A stretch of 59,856 nt of DNA, the filler included, from Circinaria calcarea (Eukaryota), in assembly GCA_051942165.1 (NCBI GenBank). It is 13 parts of 13 records of this genome, joined end to end, with 100 filler letters (N's around TTAATTAATTAA, not from the genome) between each part and the next. Parts side by side here need not be neighbours in the genome. Positions count along the whole stretch, not along the records: positions 1 to 4,530 come from JAVECS010002290.1; positions 4,631 to 9,159 come from JAVECS010002291.1; positions 9,260 to 13,786 come from JAVECS010002292.1; 10 more parts are not named here. One strand, written 5' to 3'. Below are positions 1 to 10,062 of this stretch, piece by piece; the first letter of the stretch is position 1, and every line of letters starts with the position of its first letter. The position numbers and the translations under genes were made by a program. The notes below the pieces were generated by a model. The model saw nothing but the letters and a program-made list of their open reading frames with translations. It was not told where the DNA came from and searched no databases.

Positions 1-313
1 TATGAACCCTACAGGTAAACTAGATACCGTAGTCACGAGGTATTAGCTTAGCGAGAAAGGTTTTCCTCGCGAAGTGTTACAGGAGAATTCTTTAGCAATA
101 ATTTATACGCTATGCGAACCAATTGAGCTCATTATCACACAGTTTACCGACCCTTATTCGTAAAATCATCATACTATTCGTAGAGGATCCTTACATCTGG
201 TTTAATACCTTATTAGTTTAAATAAGTAGAATAATTATAGCAGTATAATCGTTTAGGCGAACTCCACCCTTGGGCACCTTATTATTTAAAAAAAATTTCC
301 GCAACGAAAACGT

Positions 314-2110
314 TTATGAAGAGGGTATATCCGTTGAACTGTGCGAATGTTTTAAATTTCCTCTTGATTGGTTCGCCTGTGTTCTCTGCAGCTGGGTCGT
401 ACCTCGTATATTAATCTGTCTTATAGGCAAGGTATACCGTGGTTGACTTGCGTGGGTTCCCCACCTTCCGGGCTTTCTTGGAAGGCGAATCAGTAGCTGT
501 GGAATCCTTCGTGTCATCGCTAATCCGTTTCTTTCTTTTTTTGATAACCTTTTTCGCTGATTCTTGACAGCCAGTTTAGCTGCCCCCTTCAATTTCCGGC
601 CCGACTGTTGCTAAACAAGACTGTAAATATATAACAGGCGCCATGGTAGGGAAACATACAGCGACAGCTTGAACGCTCTTAAATATGCGGTTTTCCCGGC
701 GGTGGTCGTGATTATCTTCCTGTTTTTTAAGATTTTTCTCGGTGCCAGGTCATTGATCACCCCGATCGGGGTGGCAGATATATCGGGGTTCGTTGTGGGT
801 ATCGGTGGTAGTCCTTTTCGAGGGGGTGCGGTCATAATTATAGTAATAGTCTCTGCTGCGAACTTGCACTCTTTGCGTAAAACGTCACAATCCTACCTCT
901 TTTAACCCCTTCCTCGTCGACTGGTGCTTCTCCACCTTCCGGGCGGTTTTTATAACAGAACGGGTTTTTGAGGATTCTAGAGATTGACATATGAGTTATT
1001 ACTTATCTCGCTGAATATGAAAACAGCCATAAGATATGACGAATTAGTAAAGTGTATTTCGATATCTTGATTGTCAGGCCATCTTTCTTCCAACCGAGCT
1101 CTTGGTAATAATTATTTGGGGACGTTTTTTGATCTCAATTACCATGAGGATGGTTGCGGCCTCCGTCCTCGTCTCCCCCCCCCCCACATCCACACTCTTA
1201 AAGCTGATTGATACTGCTCCTCCTGCCTTTCTGCCTCCCTAATAAACTCTCCAGGTTCTACTTCTACTGCCTCCCATCAGGTATTGGTGACTAGATTTGT
1301 TTCCTTCTCCACCTTCGAGGAGATGTTTTGGTCCGAAGCAATTTCCCGCGGCTTCCGAGTTATTAACATCGTTGTAATTTCACGCCATAGGCCAACCAAT
1401 TTTCCGGAAACACGCAGGTAAAACCGAAGTTTTCCACTCCTTAGATGCATAAAAGCTGCCTTAGCAAAGCTGTGGTAATAGAACCAAAAAGTCAACTTGG
1501 ATATGGCGAAGGTAGAGCTTGCCGTAGTCTCCGATCCGGGCAGGGAAGTCGGTCAGCGAGGAAATGTTGCCGAACTCAAATTCGGGTTGGGGAAAAGAAC
1601 AAATAGCTGGTGATTCGTTTCCTACTCCAGAAGCCTGCTGGGTAACAGGTAAAATAGATAACCCGCATTAACAATCTTCCCGATCAACCGGCCGAGATGA
1701 TTGCTTTTCAGGGACACGCACTTCCCTCTCTTGTGTTGAGGTTTTGCTGTTCCATAAGCCATCCTGTTACCAGCACCCTCCACACCCTTTCGTAGCGTCA
1801 TACCGTTTGTAGTCTTGTGAAAAAAGATTTCAACACAGCATTCCTGCGTTGGCTGGCCCACAAGGTGATTGGGGGAAGGCGTGTTATAACAAAAAAAGGC
1901 TGTATTAACCAATCTGTATACAGCGGTGGAACCGATACCCATCTGCATGCTAGTTTCGTTTCTGCGCTCTTCCGAAGAAAAAGGGGTGTTTTTCTAAACT
2001 GTATATTTCAATACCGACTAGGGTGGCCTAGGATGAGCGGATGTAGACTCCTGTCTAGCCGCCAACGCTTTATCCTCCCATCACTATACCCCGAAGGTTC
2101 TCTGCAACCT
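314..2110 (-). pseudogene. Degraded long ORF of unknown identity (RIP-like relic)
   Basis: Four minus-strand ORF fragments (314-592, 611-835, 1277-1495, 1622-1948) share one frame. The gaps at 593-610 and 1496-1621 read through apart from TAG/TGA stops explainable by CAG/CGA>TAG/TGA. No family recognised; the upstream limit is approximate. Confidence 0.4.
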
Positions 2111-3088
2111 AAGGATAGTTCAGGTTCCGTGGGTTTTAGCACATGGAAACTCAAAATCCGGCCGTGTGACACGGCCGGCCATAGGATTGGCAGGGGTCGT
2201 TGGACTTGACCTTGTCGTTAATAAAGGCTTTCACCAGATCATCCACAGCCGTTTTGTTGAAAGAGTTGATTCTCCCGTGCAAGCTCACCCTAACCTGCCG
2301 TCACCTTATCCACATAAGCGAGGGCTTTGAATAGGAGGTGTTGAGAATCTTTTTGCTGCTACTCCTCATTGTGTGATGATGCGGCCTTGGGTAGGCTCTG
2401 CAGTCGCTTCCTCTTGATTTGCGGTAGGTGACAGATATTTCATTCTTTATGTGACGGTGGTTCTCTACTATCAAGTTCCCAGCTTCAGAAATCAGAATCC
2501 CGGAATAAAGAGACTACCACGCAGCTTGGCTTCCCTGACGTAATGGATTGGAGAGGCGTCCATTCTCAACCTCCAGTACCATTCCCTAAGAAATCGATTT
2601 ATGAATAAGTACCAAAAGAAAGGTTGGTGACTGTCGCAATTATACTAGCAATGACTGCGAAGCTCACCGTAACTGTAGTTAGAAAAGGGAAAGCTATGGG
2701 GATAAATAACTATCAGTAGCAACAACGACCTCATATATATAACAAAAATGGTAGTTCTAAACCATCATCTTGAGACACCTTAACACTGTACTTACAACAC
2801 CGTAAATAAATATACAAAAGAACGTTATAGACGGCAAATAAGTAACGAGTTACTCAGCCTCCGTCGCATCGCAACGGAGGACAATGGGTACCAAGCACAA
2901 TGTTGCTGGCAGAACCCGAACTGACTACGTCTAGATCCACAAGAGATATAAAGGTTTGCAGAATTGTGTGAAGAACGGGAGAACTTCCAAATTGATTCTT
3001 GGAAGGAAACCCAGTAGACTCGGGGGTATCTAACTTATCTATATCATAAACATGCAAACCGCTATGTATCTGATCCAAACTTTCAGGA

Positions 3089-4530
3089 TCATATGTAGAA
3101 GACAAACAATGTCATCATCAAGAAACCAAAGATAACCGTTGCCTTCTCAATCGGTGAGGCCTTTAGATCCGAAGTAGCTCCTGAAGTATTTGCCCCGGCT
3201 GGTTGAGATGCACCTGAACCGGTAGATCCGGTAGCTGTAGCAGTTTGACTTCCACCAAGATCGAACAGTCCACTCTTCTGGGTAATCTGAGCCCCCACAC
3301 CTGTGGCAGATATGGTCGCAGCTTGTGTTTGAAGGGGTATTCCAGTTGCAGTTTGAGTGACGCTGACGCCTGCGCCTGCTGCACTGGCTCCGGGGAGGGA
3401 GTTTCCAGAAATCTCTTGGATATTGGAGGAAGTGGCGTTGAATGTCGTCTACCCATATTCGTTAGCGTCGTACTTTGATACCATAAAATTATTCACTAAC
3501 TTGTGCAAGACCGATTTGACCGTTCTCAAGATCATAAACGACATAGGCAGAGCGAAGGAAGGTATCTCCAAAAAGATTGGGATCTTCGCCGGCAGGTTGG
3601 ATACCAAACGTGCATGCGGCAGTTCCGTCGTCGAATGTAGGTGATAGGCCACTTCTCAGGAAGATGGGGAGTACAAATTGATTTAATTCAACTCTGAGGG
3701 TGGCACCGTCCGATCCGCCGAAGCCGAAGGTGAACGTAGCTGGCGAGTCAGCTAGTGTACACGGAACAACATAGCCATAAGTTGACGATGAGACGGCTCC
3801 AACTCCTTCGATAATGGTGTTCGCGATATCGTCTGGAAGGTACGTCAGGGTTGCGCCGCTGTCAAGGATGACTGGTATAGCAAGGTTGTTTTGCGAGAAT
3901 TGACTGCCCCCTGAGCCGTCCTCTAAAGAGACCGAGGTCAATGCCAGTGTGAAGGAGGTGATGGCCTCCGATCGAGCGTCGGGCTGTATTGGGAGAGTAA
4001 CGAGGTTTCCTTCATAGCGATCTTCATCCACCCCGCCAAACAAGATAGATCCGGTGTTGGATTCTTTGGAAGGTTAGGTTAGGATCTCCTACATATATTC
4101 CACCCGGGAGGCACTCACCAAGGTCATTAAGCCAAAGGCTGTACGCCAAGGTGTTGATAAAGCCTTGATTTTTCAAAGTATTGATGATATTCGGATATAT
4201 TGCCTCCGGGTTAGTAAATGCAATGGATTCGCCGGCCGCGAACCCGATACCGGCTATCCCGAGTGCTCGAGTGGCATTTGTGGCCAATGCCATTGTCTGA
4301 TTTTGTAGCGTGACCGGACCGATCGTGAGGCTGTCGGCAAAGTAGTCGCCTCTGACGCTACTGCCATCGACGTAAGAGATTCGGAAGATGTTTTGAGCTA
4401 TATCAATAAAGGAGGAAGACGCGGACGCGTCGAACTGGCCGGACAGGCTACAGTTTCTAATCTGACAAACGTCACTGGTGATAGAAGGGACCCATATGTC
4501 GCTACTGCCGGTATCGAGTTGGAGGGCAAA
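3089..4530 (-). CDS. GPI-anchored aspartic protease (yapsin/OpsB-like, pepsin family A1), 5' truncated
   Basis: Catalytic motifs LQLDTGSSDIWV and VILDSGATLTYLP; also YSLWLNDL, GSILFGGVD and FGDTFLRSAYVVYDL. Ser/Thr-rich tail ending in a hydrophobic C-terminus. Introns at 4064-4118 and 3449-3500 restore the frame. Confidence 0.93.
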
Positions 4531-4630
4531 NNNNNNNNNNNNNNNNNNNNNNNNNNNNNNNNNNNNNNNNNNNNTTAATTAATTAANNNNNNNNNNNNNN
4601 NNNNNNNNNNNNNNNNNNNNNNNNNNNNNN
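4531..4630. other. Artificial contig linker N44-TTAATTAATTAA-N44
   Basis: Identical 100-bp spacer with stops in all six frames. Confidence 0.99.
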
Positions 4631-4632
4631 CC

Positions 4633-5818
4633 TCCGTACGCCCCGCGCCTGGGGACACTCTTTTAGGCAGCCTCTCGTCAAACCCATCTTCCTCTCCCTC
4701 CTCTTACTTCCAACGCCCTTCGCTCCCTGCAAACACCATCATCCGCTTTGTGCCGCAGCAGACAGCATGGATCGTGGAGCGTATGGGAAAGTACAATCGG
4801 ATCCTTGAGCCCGGCGTTGCCTTCCTCATTCCTTTTCTCGATCGAATAGCCTACGTGAAGAGTTTGAAGGAAACGGCAATAGAAATACCGAGTCAGAGTG
4901 CCATCACGGCAGACAACGTTACCCTCGAGCTTGACGGAGTGCTATACACTAGGGTGACGGATGCATACAAGGCTAGGTAGGATGTCATGGACCAAGAGAA
5001 TATTTCAAAATTGCTGAGCATACTGCAGCTACGGTGTCGAAGACGCGGAGTACGCCATATCCCAACTAGCCCAGACGACAATGCGGTCAGAAATAGGTCA
5101 GCTTTCGTTAGATCATGTATTGAAGGAAAGGACCGCCTTGAATCACAACATAACGCAAGCTATCAACGAGGCGGCTCAAGTCTGGGGAGTCGTCTGCCTC
5201 CGATACGAAATCAGGGACATCCACGCCCCTAAAGATGTGGTAGCAGCGATGCACAGACAAGTCACTGCGGAGCGTACAAAGCGAGCTGAAATATTAGACA
5301 GCGAGGCACAGAGGCAAAGTGCAATCAATATTGCTGAAGGACGGAAACAAAGCGTTATTCTCGCTAGTGAAGCTCTAAAGGCAGAGCAAATCAACATGGC
5401 AAGTGGAGAGGCTGAAGCGATCCTAGTCAAGGCCAAAGCGACGGCCAGAGGAATTGACGCGGTGGCTGGAAGTATCAGGGAAGGGAGAGAGAGTGCCCAA
5501 GGAGCGGTCAGTCTAAGTGTCGCGGAGAAGTACGTTGAAGCATTTGGGAGAATGGCGAAAGAAGGGACAATTGTGGTGGTTCCTGGTAACATGGGGGATA
5601 TGGGTGGTATGATTGCAAGCGCAATGGCGGTTTACGCCAAGGTCAATGAAGGACAAATAAGAGCTATGGAGCCTCAGCGGTTAGTAGGGTCAGGTGCTCA
5701 CGACTCGGGACTCGGGACATCTCAAGCAGACTTGAATGGTACCGACCTCGTGGGGAGGACGGACAAGGTTGCGAAAGGCGTCCTGCAGGGTTTTGAGGAA
5801 ACAAGAAGCAAACGATGA
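4633..5818 (+). CDS. Stomatin-like SPFH/Band-7 protein (mitochondrial SLP-2 type), 5' truncated
   Basis: FVPQQTAWIVERMGKY, SAITADNVTLELDGVLY, AQTTMRSEIGQL, CLRYEIRDI, QVTAERTKRAEIL; intron 4977-5028 joins the two ORFs. Confidence 0.95.
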
Positions 5819-6105
5819 TAGCTTTGGTGTTATTGTACAGTAGGTCTGTAAAGGGTACCTCTCTCAACTTCTGATCCGAAGTTCAAATTCAAAATCGATA
5901 TGATCTCGGCTCTATCTACACATGCTTATATACTTTGTGCAGCTTGTGTGGTTTCATATCTAGGAATTACCTACGAAGCAGATGGCTAGACTACAGGGCC
6001 TCTGAGCTATCTATGCTATAGTCACTGTCGAAATAAAAATGACACACTGTGTCCTAACAGTTCCTTGACTCCATGACAAACTCGATTTCCCGACTCGTAT
6101 CAGAC

Positions 6106-7020
6106 CTATAAGTGCCTACTGGCTTTGTACTGTGTCACCGGCTCCCGCTTCACAACAGGAACCGAGGAATAGTCATCTTTCCAAGACAAGTACAGGTTCC
6201 CTGCGATGACCATTTTCCCACATTCTCACCATCACTCCAGGGCGCAAAGAACGCCATAAGCCGTCATGGCCAATTCGCGCAGGGGGCGATGGTCATTCTG
6301 CCTCATCCCCAAATTGACTTGGGCCAGCGCGTTCAGGCTCTCGCTCTCAAAGACATCGATCAGGGTGCCTATCTCCACGCCATAACCTACCGGGAACGGC
6401 AACTTCTCCAGAAGCCAGCGCCGAGCTGCAAACTCTCCCGCCAATGGCTGCGTAAAGCCCGCTAGTTCCGGATAGTGAAGATTGAGGAGTGGTCTCGCGA
6501 GTATCTCAGTGACGTGCCCGCCTTTGTGAGGTACCGTATTGCCATTCCCGTCTGTGAATGGTCTGTCGGAGCACCCCGGACCATGTGGATCCCCTCGTCC
6601 ATAATCAGCGGTCCAAGGATCCCTGCAAGGTGCGCAGTCGACGAGTCGCCAGTAACGCGCGCCACACGCCGTCTCTTTTCCCTTGGGAGCGTCCTATGTC
6701 GACGGCGATTGCGTTCCGCTGCAGGACGCGTGCTCCGTGGGCTTCTGCAATAGCAGCGATACCGTCGGTCGAGTCGGCATCGATGACAGCAAATTCCGAG
6801 ACTATTTTAGCAGCGACAAGTGGTAGCACGGCATCTTGCAAGACATTAGCAATAGTTTTCACGTCTTCTTTAGCGAGAATAAGGACGGTGATCTTGATAT
6901 CTTTCTCTCCGACCACATCAAATAATTCCAGAATACTATACTTCAAGTAATCATATCATCGCTTATCCACCACTCATTAAAGGTGATCTCTTTCTTGGAT
7001 TGTCTCATATTCTGTTCCAT
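6106..7020 (-). pseudogene. Glucosyl-3-phosphoglycerate synthase (GpgS)-like glycosyltransferase pseudogene
   Basis: Ordered GpgS-type motifs spread over several frames: ITVLILAKED, VIDADSTD, GARV, GKRDGVWRALLAT, LGPLIMDEGIHMV, GGHVTEILARPLL, ELAGFTQPLAGEFAA, LPFPVGYGVEIGTLID, LAQVNLGMRQN. Frameshifts near 6645 and 6570; the DxD segment is missing; no introns evident. End coordinates are approximate. Confidence 0.85.
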
Positions 7021-8216
7021 TTTCGCAATAACAATAATGATATAATGTGCTTTTGGAATTCTCTTCGGCCGTCTCGACGGAGGGCGGCGCTACGTTATAT
7101 GCATGACTGGACCGTTATGATTGGGGTGCTAATACTAACGTAATGCCACCAATAACCTGCCTAACTAGAATTTAGATAACAAACAAGACCCTTTATACAG
7201 GGAATGGGCCTACAGGAGTTGTCTGCAGCAATCTTTAGAACCCCAGATATCACGCAAACATGCCAACGTTGGAGAGTAAGTATGGTCGAGTGCGACGCAG
7301 CTAGATAGCTGTGGTTGAAGCTCGAGAGGAGGGAAATATGTGGCCCTACCACGCCTGCAGGATTCAAGGACTTGTAAATGCAAACATCACAACTGGTTCA
7401 TTTGCTGATTGCTAGAACACTCCTTACTCTTTCGCGTCATGTGCACAACACTGCCCAAGAACCGCCATCATACTCCCCATTCTGTTGCAACTAGAGGATC
7501 TCACTAATCCCAAGTCCAATGCTTCCACTAACGTATTACACGTTCCCTTCAAGTGTACCTATTTTCACTGTCTACTGTATCCTGACGTAGGAAATAATGG
7601 CAATGCATCTGGATACCCTCTCTGTCATTTTCTTGAGAGTCATAAAAAAGCATTGGATCCTTATAGGGAGTCGAGCATCAGCAGCATAATACGTGCTGCG
7701 TATTTGCTACCGGTGAAAGGTTGCCAAGGTAATCTCTCCGCTGGAGTGGAGTTTAAATCCTACAAACCTCTCGGGTACATATCTCGCTGAGGCAGGCAAC
7801 GGCGAGTGTATCTTTTTCCATAATGAACTGATGAAATATATTCCTTTGCCGGTCCTTGAATTCCCAGACTTTCATATCCAGTGTGCAAATCTATTGGCTT
7901 TCTTCAACCGCCGCTTATGGAGGCACCCAGGTCAGTTATTGGGGATTTTTTTGTTCGAAGCGGTTGGGCATCCGCTTTCGTAATTGAGGCAGCGTTGTGG
8001 ACGAAGAGATCTTGTTCGCGTCGATAAAGAAAAGCGTATATAAACTATACGCTTTCCAGACTTCCTTCATGGTTACAAAGGATGGTGTTGGAATAAATAA
8101 AGTCGCCGTTCGCAGCCTTTACGAGCACAAATGTTTCTTTGTCCGGACTCGTTATAAGTCACGGCCTGAATCGTGTGCAGGCCCACTTTCTTCAATCAGC
8201 TATCCATCTAACTTCT

Positions 8217-8473
8217 CTCTACCCAAGATGTCAACGGAAAACATTCCGTCGATTGGCGATATAAATGACGTATCATTCCCTACCATAGAGGAAATCGAGG
8301 CAAAGGCCCAACGTCTTCAAGACCCAAGCGGGACCCCAAATATCCCTCTACCCAAGATGTCGACGGAAAACCTTCCGTCAGTGGGCGATATAAATGACAT
8401 GCCAATCCCTACCATAGAGGAAATCGAGACAAAGGCCCAACGTCATCAACACCCAAGCGGGACCCCAAACATC
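8217..8473 (+). repeat. 129-bp tandem duplication spanning the APH start codon
   Basis: Copies at 8217-8344 and 8346-8473, about 13 mismatches by eye, in frame (43 codons). Confidence 0.95.
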
Positions 8474-9159
8474 ACCATCTACAAGCTTAAGTACCTTATC
8501 AAGAAGTCACAGGAGGGCCGCCATGATCGTTTGTTAAGAGAGATTGAGAACATGGAATACGTGAGGAAACATACCACCATACCAATTCCAAAAGTGCTCG
8601 CAGTACTGAAAGCCGATGACGGCATCACGACTTATCTTGTGATGAATTACATCAATGCCCCGACAGTCCAGGAGGCTTGGTTAACACTCAGTGACGCCGA
8701 AAAAGAAGAAGTTGCCCTCCAGTTGGGAAAGCACCTACGGCAACTACATAGCTTACGGCCGGCATCACCAGCCATGCTCAGCGGATGTCATGGAGGTCTT
8801 CTCCCGGTCGATCTCTATTGCCTCCCCATTGGAGGCCGGTTTTTTAAACAGGAGAAATCGGAGGGATATGACCTCGACACGTGGGACGCAAGCTGCAGAT
8901 ACCGGCTGTATGGAAAGAGCGTCGTCCACCACGAATATAACGGCCCTTTCTATAGCGAATCAGATTGGGTGACGACCTTATGGGCGCGGTGTTTTGCATG
9001 GAACCCCCAGACCCGTCACGCTTTTAAAAAAATAATCGAACCCGTATTCCGTGATCACGCGGCGCAATTCTGTCATGGAGACTTACAATTGAAGAATATC
9101 CTCCTCGAGAGGGTACCGGTCGAGGAGCGCGAAAACGAGTTCGCTAGTCAGTTTAGGGT
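8228..9159 (+). CDS. APH/choline-kinase-like phosphotransferase, 3' truncated
   Basis: REIENMEYVRKHTTIPIPKV, YLVMNYI, LRQLHSL, GPF and Brenner motif FCHGDLQLKNILL; likely ATG at 8228 or 8357. Confidence 0.88.
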
Positions 9160-9259
9160 NNNNNNNNNNNNNNNNNNNNNNNNNNNNNNNNNNNNNNNNN
9201 NNNTTAATTAATTAANNNNNNNNNNNNNNNNNNNNNNNNNNNNNNNNNNNNNNNNNNNN
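9160..9259. other. Artificial contig linker
   Basis: N44-TTAATTAATTAA-N44. Confidence 0.99.
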
Positions 9260-9267
9260 TGACTTGC

Positions 9268-9372
9268 CTGGATGAAAGAGATTCCGACCATGACAGCTGC
9301 GAAGAAAAAGCCAATGCCCACTACGACACCGTATCCAATTCCCACAGGTAACACCGTTGTTGCAGAAGACAT
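9268..9372 (-). CDS. First exon of a DUR3-like urea/solute:sodium symporter family transporter
   Basis: MSSATTVLPVGIGYGVVVGIGFFFAAVMVGISFIQ resembles the N-terminus of fungal DUR3-family transporters. It is followed by a GCAAGT donor-like site and then the contig end. Confidence 0.75.
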
Positions 9373-9453
9373 TTCAATGGCGATCCCACTGTACTGGGTG
9401 CTCCGATTAGAAATAGAGAAGTACCGGTCCTCAAACACGGGTCATAAACAAGA

Positions 9454-10062
9454 AGATAATGTAAGAATACGCCGAAAGCACTACTTATTCATATAGATAA
9501 AGTCAATCTCCCGATCTGGTCTCCGACAGCCATTTGGCGATGCTGTTGAGATAGCGAATATCTTAGATGCCTGAAATCTAGATAAGGTAGTTTGGGCAGG
9601 TATGGTAGCGGGGGCCAGAGGGTTCTTGCTATTAGGACGCACCAATCAGATTTAAACTAGAAATCATGTTGTAAGAGAATAAAAGAAAAGAAATATCGGA
9701 ATAGGTGGAGCTGATTGGTGCATCCTCACAAAAGTTCATGCACGAGTCGACCACTCAGGTTAATATGACCTCATAGATAGAGTGGATATGTATGCGATAA
9801 GAAACGAGATAGCAGAGATTCAGATCCTTGCGTATCATCTGAGAGATGGAACTGTATTACTATTAAGCCTGTTACCCCAAAGGCGGCAAGGCGAAGCTTT
9901 CATGATAATTTACCTAATGTTGATGCGGAAAGTGAGAAGCAGACGCCGCCTATAAGAAGTTGAAATTAGCAAAGCGCCTTAGAATACGATTAAGAACCAG
10001 CCGGCCAACTCCGTTCAACTAAACTTCCCTACCGTCAAAGCCTTTACGACGTCAGATGATAG
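9454..10062. promoter_or_regulatory. HGATAR cluster (candidate AreA/Nit2 sites) upstream of the DUR3-like gene
   Basis: HGATAR at 9454, 9495, 9549, 9580, 9775, 9795, 9807, 9903 and 10057. Confidence 0.55.

Noticed and set aside
7997..8227. GTG-initiated N-terminal extension of the APH ORF
   Set aside because: No domain-like content and it includes a TATA-like TATATAAA (~8037); more likely promoter/leader
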